Shown here: positions 26,029-40,322 of the stretch, one piece after another
Layout of the letters: every line of letters starts with the position of its first letter
Numbering within the stretch: the stretch's first letter is position 1
NCBI RefSeq assembly: GCF_009914755.1
Contig: NC_060929.1
DNA: 64,000 nucleotides
Reading direction: 5' to 3' (one strand)
Source: the human T2T-CHM13v2.0 reference genome, Homo sapiens
The notes under the pieces: model-generated
What the model was told of the DNA's origin: nothing
Seen by the model: the letters and a program-made list of their open reading frames with translations, nothing else
The model's database searches: none
Made by a program: the position numbers and the translations under genes

Positions 26029-26306
26029 GCTGGGCATGGTGGCTCATGCCTATAATCCCAGCACTCTGGGAGGCTGAGGCAGGTGGATCACCTGAGGTTG
26101 GGAGTTCAAGACTAGCCTGGCCAACATGGTGAAACCCCGTTTCTACTAAAAATACAAAAATTAGCTGGGCGTGGTGGTGTGCGCCTGTAATCCCAGTTAC
26201 TCAGGAGGCTGAGGCACGAGAATCACTTGAACTTGGGAGGCAGAGGTTGTGCCTACCACACTCCAGCCTGGGAGAAAACACAAGACTCTGTCTCAAAAAA
26301 AAAAAA
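26029..26306 (+). mobile_element. Alu (AluS-like) with a small right-arm deletion
   Basis: Alu dimer plus A tail; TSD ttaaaagattaaaaga on both sides. Confidence 0.9.
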
Positions 26307-26534
26307 TTAAAAGATTAAAAGATCCTTGACAAGCGAGTGTACTTTTTCCACAAGTTCCCTGCTGTTAAGTGTCTATGTTGTTTCCAATTTTTTGCTATGA
26401 GGAAAAAAATGCTAAAATTAAGTTTTGTATTTTTGTCTGAAAGTTTTTATTGTTTCAGTTGTATTTATTTTGAATGTGTGTATATATAAAATATATATTA
26501 CAATATATAATATGTATCTATCCCTACACATATT

Positions 26535-27253
26535 TGTGATGGTTAATTGTATGTGTCAGTTTGACTGGGGCAAGGGATGTCCAGATAGCTGGTAACATTA
26601 ATTCTGTGGCGTGTGCCTGGAATCCTAGTTACTCCAAAGGCTGAAGCAGGAGAATTGCTTGAGCCCCAGAGTTGGAGGCCAATCTGGGCAACATAGTGAA
26701 AACTTCTCAATAAACATAAATCAATAAAGAAGCAAAAAATAAAAAACTTAAAAAAAATGAAAACTTTAAAAGCATTATTCCTGGGTGTATATTGGATTCC
26801 GGAAGAGGTTAACATTTGAATCCACTGGGTGAGAGCGAATCCAAAGAAGATCCACCCTCATCCAATTCATTGAGGGCCCTAATAGAACAAAACAGCAGAA
26901 GCTAGGTGAATCTGCTCTCTCTTCTTCAGCTGAGACATTCATCTTTACCTGCCCTCACACACCAGAGTTCCTTGTGCTTGGGAGTTTGGACTCCAGGACT
27001 TACAGGTCCCCTCCCTCCACCTGTTCTCCTGTTTCCTGACTTAGGCTGAAATTACACAACCAGCTTTGCTGTTTCTCCAGCTTGCAGACAGTATATTGTG
27101 GGACTTCTCAGCCTCCATAATTACGAGTCAATTTCCATAATAAATCTCTCTCTCTGTGACACACACACACAAACACACACACACACACACACACACTCCC
27201 TCTCTCTCTGTCCCGTATTGGTTTTGTTTCTCAGGAGAACCCTGACTAATGCA
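26535..27253 (+). mobile_element. ERVL LTR MLT2 with an inserted Alu monomer (~26607-26757) and (CA)n at ~27159-27196
   Basis: Starts tgtgatggttaattgtatgtgtca, ends ggagaaccctgactaatgca; perfect 5-bp TSD ATATT. Confidence 0.85.
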
Positions 27254-27432
27254 ATATTATTGTCTTAATATTGAATCATTTGAGAGTAAACTGTCAACAT
27301 TACAATTCTGTATCCCAAAATACTTCAGGATTTATCTCCTAAAAATAAGGATGTTCTTTTTAAAAGGCAACAGTACCATGATCCAAGTATCAAATTCAGG
27401 AAATTTAACATTGATACACTATTATTATCTAA

Positions 27433-27913
<481 letters not shown>

Positions 27914-28481
27914 TCCAATCATTTTTCTTAAGTCAGTTTTATTTCATTAATACAGACTACCGCTTCAGTCCATTTTTATTTTCATTTCACTGACCAGCCA
28001 GTGGTATAATGTCTTGCATTCTAGTCTCCTCAGAGAGTTGGTTGACATGGTTCTCTGTTCCCTGTATCCCTGGAAACTAGAACTAGAAGTTAGACCTAAA
28101 AGCTCATGTAGACTATTGTTAAACATTTAAACAAAAATACTTTAGAGGAAAAGCTGTATGTTTCAGACTTCCTCATATCAGAAGGCCCTTAATGGGAGGT
28201 TGCTCACATTTAGGGGTGCAAAGTGTGAACTCTAAGGTGGTGGCTGCTGAATCTTGGGGTAATATTTTGGCACAGTGCGAATCCCTGTTTGTTCCCCAGC
28301 AAACCTTTTGCTAATGGCTCTAGCATCCACTAATGACCCTTGCCTGTCTGATTCAATGATGTCATCACAGGCCTCTGTAAAGAAGGGCAAGCATTCATGC
28401 ATCAACCAGGATGGACTACAGGTGTTCCTAAAAAGCCAGGATAAGAATTTCTTTTTTACCTTTAAATACCAATTTTCAGAG

Positions 28482-28872
28482 TGTATTAGTCTGCTAGGGC
28501 TGGCATAAGAAAATACCACACACTGGGTGGCTTAAACAGAAATTTATTTTCTCACAGTTGTGGGGACTGGAAGTCCAAGATCAAGGAAGTGGCAGGGTTG
28601 GTTTCTGGTGAGGCCTCTTTCCTTGGCTTGCAGATGGCCACCTTCTTGCTGTGCCCTCACATGGCCTTACCTCTGTGGGTCCACACTCTTCGTGTCTCTT
28701 CTTCTTATAAGGACACTTGTCTTTTTGCTTTAGGGCTTTATAAGCTGTCTTAATCTTAGTTACCTTTGGAAAGGTCTTGTCTCCAAATATTTTTACATCA
28801 CCTTGGGGGTTAAGGCTTCAACCTATGAATTTAGGGGGTAGCAGGGAGTGGTACACAATTCAATCCATAGCA
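28482..28872 (-). mobile_element. MaLR LTR (MLT1A/B-like)
   Basis: tgtattagtctgctagggctggcataag...attcaatccatagca; perfect 5-bp TSD CAGAG. Confidence 0.85.
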
Positions 28873-29328
28873 CAGAGCAAGGAGTTGGTGTGAAAATCTC
28901 TACAGTAATGGCAAATGAGACTCTCTCTCCCTGGTTTTTTTTTTTTTCCTCTCTCTCTCCTGTCCCTATAAACTCATATAAAGTCATGAATTTCAATTAA
29001 ATCAATGTTTTCTTTTATGTTCAAATAATTCCAAATTTGGTCAATCCTTTGTGGTGGTTCTTCTGTATTTTTGACATGTACCCCAGAGAGTAAGCTACCC
29101 TAGGCTCACTTTGTTTCCCTGCCCCATACCTGGAAAAGCCATTTCTCTAGCCCTGAATCCTTCTGTGGAAAATATATTTAGAAACCAAGATTTGGAGTTG
29201 AAGTTTGCTTATTGCTACTGAAGTGTCATTTCCAGCACTTTCAAGAGCTAAGAGATTTTTTTAAAACCATAAATTGACATTAACATTTCCAATTTAAATT
29301 TAACTTAACACTTTTTTTCTTAACTCTG

Positions 29329-29748
29329 TGTATTAGTCTGTTCTCACACTGCTATAAAAGAAATACCCGAGACTGGTTAATTTATAAGGAAAAGGGGTTT
29401 AATTGGCTCAGGGTTCCACAGGCTGTACAGGATGCATGGCAGCGTCTGCTTTTGGGGAGGCCTCAGGTAACTTTTACTCATGGCAGAAGGCAAAGTGGGA
29501 GCAGGTGTCTTACATGGCAGGAGCAGGACCGAGAAGTGGGCCGGGAGGAGAGGGGAGGCGCTACACACCTTTAAACAACCAGGTCTCATGAGAACTCTAT
29601 CACGAGGCAGCACCAAGGGGATAGTGCTAAACCATTCATGAAGGATCCACCCCCATGATCGAATCGCCTCCCACCAGGCCCCACTTCCAACACTGGGGGT
29701 TGTAATTCGACATGAGATTGGGTGGGGACACAGATCCAAACCCTATCA
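29329..29748 (-). mobile_element. MaLR LTR (MSTA-like)
   Basis: tgtattagtctgttctcacactgctataaa...acagatccaaaccctatca; TSD ctctg/ctttg. Confidence 0.85.
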
Positions 29749-30279
29749 CTTTGATTTTATATTTTTGTTTCTTTTTTCTTACTCTGAAAATCTTGGTTTC
29801 TGTTAACACAATCCAGTTGCTGCATAAAATGAACTATCACATTTACCTATTTATTACACATTTACCTTGATTTATTGTATAATATAAAAAAGTTTCAAAA
29901 TTACAATTCAATATTGTTAATAACAATAAAACTAGAGTTAAGTAACAAGATTTTTTGAAGATTTTTATCCTTCAAACATATCTATGTATGTGAAGTTAGA
30001 ATAGTATATTAAACTCATTTAAATAATTTTTTCTTTGTTTTCATATTACCAATTTGATATATCATTAGGGTCATTTATTCATGTTTATATTCAACATTAA
30101 GGCTAATTTTGTTTTTTAATTTAATTTTATTTTTGAACACATACAACATATCCTGTATTAAAAAGTGTATGTAGAGAAGTCTCAATCCTATCCCTGTCTC
30201 ATCTACCCTGTTCTACCTTCCAGTCTCTTTTTGCAATACATACACCACACACACACACACATGCACACACACTAATATA

Positions 30280-30860
30280 TGCGGCCCTGCACCTTGCTTT
30301 TCTCATTTAGTTGTATCTCCTGGCAATCACTCCATATATAGCGAGGCTTCTCACTTTTTTGGTATGGCTGGACAGTGCCCCATTGTGTGACTGTACCATA
30401 GTTTCTTCAACTAGTCCTCTAATGATGGGCATCTCGATTGTTTCTAATCTTTCAATGTTACAAACAATGTCAGAATGAATCATCTTGTGCTTATGTTCCT
30501 TTTGATTTGTGAAGGTGTGTCTGCAGTGCAAACTCCTAAAAGTGTCATTGCTACTTTAAAACATAAATGCATGTGTAATTCTGTTAGATATTGCCAAATT
30601 CTCCTCCATAAGGGCTGTGCCATTTTGCACTTATTAGCAACATATAAATATGTCTATTTCCTTATAGCTTCGTCAATGGAAAGTGTCATCTAAATTTGAC
30701 TTCTGCATTTTGGCTGATCTGATAGGTGAGAGGTTGGATTTGAGGACAGCCGTAATTTACATTTCTCTATGAGTGAGATTGAGCATCTTTTTAAATGTTA
30801 AAAGTGTTTTGAATCTTCTTTTTTGTGAACTATTTATATTCTTTGCCTATTATTTACTAG
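30280..30860 (-). mobile_element. Old L1 (L1ME-like) fragment
   Basis: tgatgggcatctcgattgtttctaatctt; agatattgccaaattctcctccata; gagattgagcatcttttt. Confidence 0.65.
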
Positions 30861-31558
30861 ATTGTAGTCTAATTTTTTAAAAAATTAACCTAAATATTTT
30901 TTGATGTAAGAAAAGTCACTTTTCGCCTACCTGTCAGAGAGATACAAAACACAAAACCAAACCAACAAGTAAATATCTCAATACTGTGCTTTGCTCCCTC
31001 ACCCCCAAACTCACTCTAAACAAAAAGTTTTGGTGATCCCTTACATTTTAACTTTTCTTCGTAGGCCCTATTGCATCGGCTGGAATGTTTTGGCACTAAA
31101 CCATCATTTTATTATTTTTCAAAATCTTGGCCAGTCAGCTGGTTTTGTTAGATTGTGACATTAACGAAACAAAGGTTGCAGCTTTGATACCCACATGTGC
31201 TGCTGGCTCTACACCCAGAAAAGTTGTTCCCAGCCAGAAGCAGGGCTGCCCAGCTGCCTTACATGCAGACGGAAGTCCCAAAAGAGCAGCTGGGGATGGG
31301 GAGGTAATGGCGTCATCTCCAAACATAGTTCACTCAGGGGGTGAATGCCCCAACTCCTGGCTCTGGAGGCCTGATGTAGGTATTTGCCCGGGAATTTCAC
31401 TGTGAGCTCAGGAGCCAGTTGAGAAGATACATGTGCCAAACAGGAAAGCATGCAGAACTCCATATCATGTGGTTCTGAAGCTGGCTGCCCCAAATGGAGT
31501 GACAGACAGGGCTCCCCAATGTGATCTCAGAAGTAGCCCTAAATATGTGCAAAGTTCC

Positions 31559-32468
31559 TGTATTCGTTATCTATTGCTGCATAACCAACTGGCCAAAAAT
31601 GAAGGGCTTCAAAGAGCAAAACACATATATTACCTTGCATGTTTCTGTGGGTCAGCAATTCTAGTGGTTCAGCTGGGTAGCTCTCTGTGAGGTTGTGGTC
31701 AAGATGTCAGCCAGGACTGCAGTCCTCTGAAGGCATGACTGGGGCTGGAGAGCCCACTTCCAAGATAGTCACTGTTACAGATTGAATGTCTGTGTCCTCC
31801 TTAAATTCATATGATGAAACTTCATTCACAATGTGATGATATTTGGAGGTGAGGTCCTTGGAGGTGATTAGGTCATGAGGGTGGAACCTTCATGAATGAG
31901 ATTAGTGTCCTTATAAAAGAGACCCCAGAGAGCTCCCTTGCCTCTTTCACCATGGGAGGACATGGCAAGAAGACAGCCATCTATGAATCAGGAAGTTGGC
32001 CCTCTCCAGACCCTGAATCTGCCGGTGCCTTGATCTGGGACTTCCCAGTCTCCAGAACTATGAGAAAGAAATATCTGTTGTTTATGAGCCACCTGGTCTC
32101 TAGTATTTTTGTTAGGACAGCCTGAACAGACTAGAACAGTCACTCACATGGCTGGCTGGTTCATGCTGGCTGTGGACTCAGCTCTTTCCATGTGGACTCC
32201 CACAGACATCCCAAAGACCATGCTGGAATGTCTTTTCAGCATGATGCCCAGGGCCCCTCAGAGCAAGAGATTGAAGGGAGAGCAAGGGGGATGCTGCAAG
32301 GGTTTTCAGGATCCGGTCTTGCAGTCACACACCATCACTTCTGCTAAACTCTATTTGTTAGAAGTGAATCACTAAGTCTGGCCCACACCAAAGGGGAGAG
32401 GAATTAGCCTTCACCTTTTGAAGGGAGTTGTCACAATGAATTTGTGAACATATTTAAGAATCACTACA
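31559..32468 (-). mobile_element. MLT1F/G-like LTR containing a nested opposite-strand MLT1A LTR (31773-32138)
   Basis: Outer element has TSD GTTCC; inner element tgttacagattgaatgtctgtgtcc...agactagaaca has TSD GTCAC. Confidence 0.85.
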
Positions 32469-33299
32469 GTTCCCAAGGCCAGGATGCTTTTTCTCTTATA
32501 ATGAAAGCAGTGGGTGACTGCTGGGTGACTGCTGACCTGTGAGGCATGTTCACCTCCGGTACACCTAATAGTAAATCAGAAGAAGATGCAGCCTCCTTCC
32601 AGGTAGGTGGCTTTCCCCCTTAGGAGCTGAGTTTCATCACACCGGCCTTCAGTGTGGTGTCCTTTTGGATATTAACAGTCCTTTGACCTGTTAATATCAG
32701 TGGAACCAGTTAAAACACAGATTTCTGTGTCTCATCAAGAGATTCTATTCCAGTGGTCCAAGGGGCTAGTGAATCTGCATTGTTACAAGTGTTCCAGATA
32801 AAGTAAGCCCTTTGGCCCTGGCCCAGAAAAAGAGTGAGATGCTGACTTTTCTAGCACTGTGCTTCGGTGTCACCCACCAATCCCACCCCAACCCCACTGA
32901 GGGCAAGTTGGACCACATCGCTGTATCCTGTTGAGCACTCATAGCACCACACCTGGCAGAGGTAACCGTGTCATGAGTTTTTGGCGGATGGATGACAGAT
33001 GGGAGAATGAATGAATTCAGGAATGATCTCAACTCAGTTGCACTGACTTTAATGATGCTTTTTCAAAAGTTAATATTTTCAACATCACCTAAGAGATTAT
33101 TCCTGTGAAAAAAATGTTTAGCTTGATTCTCATGAGGCCTTTGACCCAACGACCTTTTATAGAAAATATAAGGGATAAAGGAATATGTTATGTGATATCT
33201 TGAGAAAATAGGATTTGGAGCATTCAGTAAGATGACTGGCTTGGAGTCTTGACAAAGTCAATGTCACAGGGGGAAAATGGCTGGAGTATTGTTCTAGAT

Positions 33300-33510
33300 C
33301 AAGGGCTGGTGAACTATGGGCTGCGGGTCTGTTGCCTGTTTTTATAAATAAAGTTTCATTTGAACATAATGATGCTCACTAACTTAGGTATTGACTATGG
33401 CCGCTTTTGTGCTATATTGACATGGCTGAGCTATTGCAACAGAAACAGTGTTGCCTGAAAACCTAATGTGTTTACTATCTGGCTCTTAAGAAAAAGTTAA
33501 CTGACCCCTG
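33300..33510. mobile_element. hAT-Charlie DNA transposon (MER58A-like)
   Basis: TIR-like ends caaggg...cccctg; 8-bp TSD-like ttctagat/ctctaaat; internal tttttataaataaagtttcatttgaaca. Confidence 0.8.
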
Positions 33511-33867
33511 CTCTAAATGAGAAGAGATTAATGACTCTTCTGCTTCCACCCATGGCATAGTAACTAGTACTGGCTGGCCATCCTGCCATACAAAACTAGA
33601 AAGTTGGGTAAATATATCAAATAACTGGTTTCAGACATAATTGGTAGGACAGGGCTCTAATCAAGACAGAAAGGAAACAAACAAGGTGAGCCTTCCAACC
33701 ACCCAGACGTTCTGTCAGAGCCATTTGCTGAATTCCAACACAGAGAGGGAGAAGCTAAGCAAAATGCAGAAGTCTCACTGAGCTGAAGACACAGATACTG
33801 GAGTTCGGGGAGACTAAGGCAGAAAGAACCCTTTAGAAGAAGAAACTACGCAGAGAAAGAATTCCAG

Positions 33868-34152
33868 GTTGGCAGAGTGCAGTGCCTCATGCCTGTAATC
33901 CCAGCACTTTGGGAGGCTGAGGCGGGAGCATGTTTGAGCCCAGGAGTTCGTGACCAGCCTGGCCAATATGGTGAAACCCCATCTCTAGTAAAAATGCAAC
34001 AGTTAGCTGGGCGTGGTGGTGGGTGCCTGTAGTACCAGCTGCTTGGGAGGCTGAGGCACAAGAATCACTGGAACCCAGGAGGTGGAGGTTGCAGTGAGCC
34101 AAGATTGCACCAGGGCAGCAGAGCAAGACTCTGCCTCAAAAAAACGAAAAAA
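33868..34152 (+). mobile_element. Alu
   Basis: Alu dimer with A tail; TSD aaagaattccag/aaagatttccag. Confidence 0.9.
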
Positions 34153-34492
34153 AAGATTTCCAGATCATAGGGTTCCCTTCGAGTCTTTGGCTAAATACCA
34201 ATCGGCACTTGTGCAGAGTGAGGCACCACAAGGTGGATCAAAGCACCACCGGGGAAAGAATGGTTGCCAGGGAACTGTGAACTAAACAAATTCTGGAGCT
34301 TATACAGAGTTGGGAGATGCTTAAAATTTGAACAACCAGAGTGAAAAGACCTCATTGGACACCAAGGGCTTTGAGTAGAGTACCAGAAAGACCACATCTC
34401 AGGATTAGGACCAAACTAACCTAAAATAAAGGCTACTCTAGATCTTCCTCAAAAAAAAGAATAGGTCAATCCATTAATGAATCAACTGCCTA

Positions 34493-34857
<365 letters not shown>

Positions 34858-36050
34858 ACAATATAGATGCCTTTAGCATTTTATTCCAAATGAATTTTGA
34901 ATTTTGTCAAATGCTTCTGCGTCTGCTAACCTTTACCTAGTGTCATATTTTTTGGTGAAAGACTGAATGTTTTCTCTAAGATGAGGGCCAGGGAAAGGAA
35001 GTTTTCTTTCATCACTTCTGTTAAACATTTTGCTGTGATCCTAGCCATACAAAAAGTCAAGAAAAAAGAAACAAAAGCACATATGTTGGAAAGGAAGACG
35101 TAAAACATGATTGTGACCATAGAAAATCTCAAAGAGTTTACACAAAAGCTGCTAAAACCAAAAAGTGAATTTAGTAAGGACGCAGAACACAAAATCAATA
35201 TACATAAATAAATTGTATGTCTATATATCAGTACAAACAATTGGAAAATGAAATAAAAATCCTATTTACAATACCAGAGAATAATGTTTTATAATAATAT
35301 GATTAATATTTAGAATAACACACACACACACCCTGTGTACTGATAACTCTAAAACATTTCTCAAAGAAATTAAATCGGTATTAAATGAATGAATGAACCA
35401 GAAGAGCCAAAATTATTTTGGAAAATAATAACAATTCCGAAGATTTACACAACTGATTTTAAGACTACTGTAAACAATAGTAATCAAGACACTGTGATAT
35501 TGGCAGAGGATAGCCATACAGATCAATGAACTAGAATACAGTCCAGAAATAGACCCATATATATGGTCAATTGATTTTTTTTTAAATAAATAGGCCAAGG
35601 TGGTTCAATTGGGAAAATAGAGTCTTTTCAACAAATGGCACTGGAACAACTGGGTATATGTGTGGGAAACAAAGCAAAACAAAAACAAACAACAAACATT
35701 AGTTCCTATCTGATGCCGTATACAAAAATTAACTCTAAATGGATTATAGGCCTAAATGCAAAAGCTAAAACTACACAACTTCTAGACTAAAACATAGAAG
35801 GATATCTTGGTAACCTTGAGGTAAGCAAAGACTTCTTAGACAGGACACAGAAAGCACCAACCATGAAGAAAATATTGACAAACTGAGCTTCATCAAGATA
35901 CAAAATTTCTGCTTTTAAAAGACAATATTAATAAAAAGAAAAGTCACCTGGGTACTTGAAAAGTCATCACTGACCGGCAGAAGATATTCGTAATACATAA
36001 ATCTGGCAAAGGATTTATATGTAAATCTCAATAACAAAAAGATAACTTAT

Positions 36051-36368
36051 GACCTGGCGCGGTGGCTCATGCCTGTAATCCCAGCACTTTGGGAGGCTGA
36101 GGCGGGTGGATCACCTGAGGTCAAGAGTTCAAGACCAGCCTGGCCAATATGGCGAAACCCCATCTCTCTAAAAATTACACAAAAAAATTAGCCAGGCATG
36201 GTGGTGCATGCCTTTCTTCCCAGCTGCTCGGGAGGCTGAGGCAGGAGAATCACTTGAACCCAGGAGATGAAAGTTGCAGTGAGCTGAGATTTGTGCCCCT
36301 GCACTCCAGCCTGGGCAACAAGAATAAAACTCCCTCTCAAAAACAAACAAACAAACAAAAACCCAAAA
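36051..36368 (+). mobile_element. Alu (AluS-like)
   Basis: Alu dimer consensus with (CAAA)n tail. Confidence 0.9.
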
Positions 36369-36416
36369 ACTTACTTTTTAAAAAGACAAAATATTTGAAC
36401 AGACATACTACAAAAG

Positions 36417-36418
<2 letters not shown>

Positions 36419-36462
<44 letters not shown>
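36419..36462. repeat. (AT)n microsatellite
   Basis: About 22 uninterrupted AT units. Confidence 0.95.
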
Positions 36463-36465
<3 letters not shown>

Positions 36466-39400
36466 TGGCCAAGAACCACACAAAACAGCAGCTCTGGTTA
36501 TCAGGGACATGCAAATTAAGACCACACAGAGATACTACTACACACCCACGAAAATGGCAAAAAGTAAAGGATTGATAATATCAAGCATTGGTGAGGATGC
36601 GGAGAAACTAGAACTCTCATATGTTGCTGGCAGGAGTGCAAAGTGTTGTCAACATTTTGGAAGCAGTTTGGCAGTTTCTTATAAAGTTAAATATACACTT
36701 ATATGATCCATAAATTCTACTCCAGATTTTTACCCCAGAGAAATGAAAACATATGTCTACAAAAAGAGTTTTACAAAAATTTTCATAAAGACTTTAATCA
36801 GAATGGCCTAACACTGGAAACAATCCAAATCTTCATCAGTGGGTAAATGGATAGGCAAATGGTGGTAGACTCATGCACTAGCATACTACTCAGCAATGAA
36901 AGGAGCCACCCACTCACATATTCAACAACATAGGTGAATCCCAGGTAGATCAGACTCGGCGAAAGAAACCACAGAAGATCATAAACTGTATTATCACATT
37001 TATGAAGTTCTTGAGCAAGCAAAGCTGCCTATAGATAGAAAAATCAGATCAGTGGCTGCCTGGAGTCGGGGCTGTGGGGGTGAGAGGAGGAGAGATAGGC
37101 TGCAAAGGGAGAAGGAGTGAACTTTGTAAATATTTTGACTGTGGTGGTAGTGATAAGGACATACACATTTTTTTTTTAACTCATCCAGTATGCACTTAAA
37201 ATGAATGTATTAACATGTACTGAATGTTAGTTTTACTTCAGTAAAAAAAATTTGTTTTAAATAGACTAAAGAGAAGTAATAACCAAATGCAACATCTGAT
37301 TCTCAGTTGGATGCTGATTTGGCAAAACCAAAGCTATAAAATATATTTTTAGGATGACTGGGAAATTTTGCATATGGCTTGGCTATTAAATAATATTATA
37401 GAATGGGTGTTAATCTTCTTAGGTGTTAAATAGAGGTATCTAACTTCCTGTTCTTAGGAGATGCATGCTGAAGTATTTAGGAATGAAACATACTATTGGC
37501 AACTTATTTTTAAATGGTTCAATAACAACAAAAATATGTACACAAATGCAGAGATGAAACTCATCTGGCAAGCATTAAAATTGTTGAAGAAGGTGGAAGA
37601 CATATAGATTTTCATTGTACTTTCAACATTTCTGACTTTTCAACATTTTCCCACAACTTTCCACAATAATAATAAAAATTGAGGGGGAAATTTAATGTAG
37701 AGTTGTTACGGATTACTCCAAAGTCTATAAATTCTTCCTTAGAAGATAACACTTACAAAGACATGGTTGCAGTCATAATTTCCTCCAAATTCTTCTAAGA
37801 GCTTGGTTTTGAACAGAACCCCTGGCACAAACAGCAATGCCAACGTTAGCAGTAAAGCCACGCTGCGATGGGACGCCCAGTGGTTGGAGCTTGGTTGGCC
37901 TTCCAGCCTCCTTGGCTGGTATCTGGGGCGAGGATGATGGCAACGTGCTGGATCAGGAACACCAAGGCTGTGGGCAGGAGTGGGCAGCAGCTGGGGCCTC
38001 TTTTCTGCTGTCCTCCCTGGGAGGGAAGTAAATGGTTAACCAGTCACCCACCCCTGGCACTTTGCAATCCTTCTCTGCGCCTGCACAGGGCATTCTCTGG
38101 CTGAATTCTGCCAGCCAAACTAAAAGTCTCATAACAAAGTAATGGGATAAACAAGGCCCAGGTGATCCTGTTTGCTAAACAGTGAAAACCAGATCCACAC
38201 AGGCACTTTACAAAAGGCTACACACACATATGCAAAAGTGTCTCCCTGCAGACCTCAAATTCACTGTTACTCCGGGACAGTACCCAGAGCCTCGGACAGA
38301 TGAGGTTTTGGGAAGGCGAGGTCTTGGAGATAATGTGGGAAGGACAAAAAATCCAGAAAGTGTTTCCTTATTAGGTGGGAGGGAGGAGGGTGGAGCCAGT
38401 GAAGGGGAGGGAAATAGAGTCTAATGGGCTGAGGAGAGGGCGAGGCAGTGAGGCCTTTTGTACCTTGGCAGGTGAGAGGGCTGAGTTCAAGGAGAACATG
38501 TGGCCGATGGTGTGGGAAGTTACAGAAACTTCGTCAGGGGTTAAAGGCAGGAAAAAGTTCACTGGGTTTGGCCGCTTTGTGGGCCCTGGGGACCAAGGCC
38601 AGAGTATTTTCCTAGGGGTGGGAAGGTGGAAGGGCCTTCAGGATTGCACAGGAAGGGAGGAAATGGAGGCCTGGGGAATAAATAATTTTGTCAAGAAGTT
38701 TGATCCTATACGGTGATGGCTGCAGAAGTGGGCATCTGAGTGGGGATGGAGGAGAGGGTTTTGCTCTTTAGTGTCTGGAGCCCTGAGTGTACTCAGGCTG
38801 AGTGGAGAGAACCAGCTTATTACAGAAGAGGAGCGTCTTCTGCTGCAACCCTCTCCTTGGCAATGAAAGCAGAAGCAGCAGCAACAGCAAACAGGAGCAT
38901 CTGGAAAGAGTCTCTTTGAGAACCTGAAATTGGCCACAGTGGTTTTTGAGGAAGGAGCTACTGAAAGCCAGTTTTCCTAAAATAAAAATCATGCTGGTCA
39001 GACTCATGGTTATAAGGAGCAGAAAGCTAATGAGAGTAGCTCCCGAGAAGAGGGGTTGGTTGTAAGCTGTGCACCTGCGAGCCTTGGAGGAAGGCTGAGA
39101 CCACACTCAGGGCTACCAAAGACTGATGTAAGAGGTGCTTTGTTGTTATTGTGTTGACAATTTAAATGTTCCTTACAGTTTTCCAGAACAGAATGGTCAA
39201 GAGAGCAGAACTTAGGAATGTGGATTCTAATGCCAGCTCCATACTGCTCAGGCAAATTTGCTTCTGAGCCTGAGCTTCAGTGGTGCAGCACATTTCCTTT
39301 CCACGTACCAGATGTTGAGGAGTAAATGATTGTGAATGCAAAGAACATTTAGCACAGTATGACGCACACTATAATGGCCATTGTATTTACTTTCTATGTG

Positions 39401-40322
39401 CAATGCGTATTTCCTTAGGCATAGGAAAAATCATTCTAAATATATCCCCCTTCTAAAGCTACAATCCTGAATTACAGAACAGTTAATTGAGGTGCTGCCC
39501 TGCTAGCCATCAGCCTTCACTCTCACATGGGACATTCCTCTGGTTAGCTCTGCTTGGGTCCTCCCGTGCTGGGCCCTGCAAATTCCTTAACCAAGAGGTC
39601 AAGGAATGCTCTGCAGGCCAACATGCCCCTCAGTCTGAACACTGGACATACAGTCGAGTCAGGCTTTGTGCCTTTGTACAAGATTTTATTAAAGGCCTTT
39701 CCAGGACAACATCCAGATGCCAGACACAGCTGTCAAGGAGAACCTGTCATGTTGTGGGGGTTGGCTGCGGCATGGCAGGAGCTATGGCTTCCTCCCCACC
39801 CTTCTATTCTGAGATGGGGTAGTGGGCAGTACTTCATCTTTGGGTTCCACGATACTCATGTGCTCAGGCAGGGCCTTCCTAGAGTCAGTCTTACCAGCTG
39901 GGTCCCAGGGCAGCATGACCTTCCCTTGATGGCCAGCACACCCTGTTGGAGCAGCACCTGGCACATGGCGGTGTCAATGAGGTAAACAGAGTTCCTGCTG
40001 AGGATCATCAGGTCATCCACAAACTTCCTGCATTTAGAGTTTTCAGACACCACAGCCTTGAAGCCTGTGGCCCCCTACGCCCCGCCTGATGAACCACAGC
40101 ACACCACAGCAGGCCCTCTGCGCTGCAAGCCCTCCCAGGAGGTAACACTGAGACTCCACCTAGGCAAACACACACATACCTCTTGTGGCTACCTTTCCAG
40201 CAAAAAGCTCTACACTGCCCTCTGGAAGCCAAACCTCTTCTGAACTACAGCAGGCAATTTCCAAATCTGCCAGCCCTTCTCACCAAGAACATTCTGTGTT
40301 TTGGTGGCTAAGATTATGATTT

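Noticed and set aside
36149-36706. 185-aa ORF
   Set aside because: Chimera of Alu, (AT)n (IYIYIY) and decayed L1 ORF2 C-terminus; not a gene
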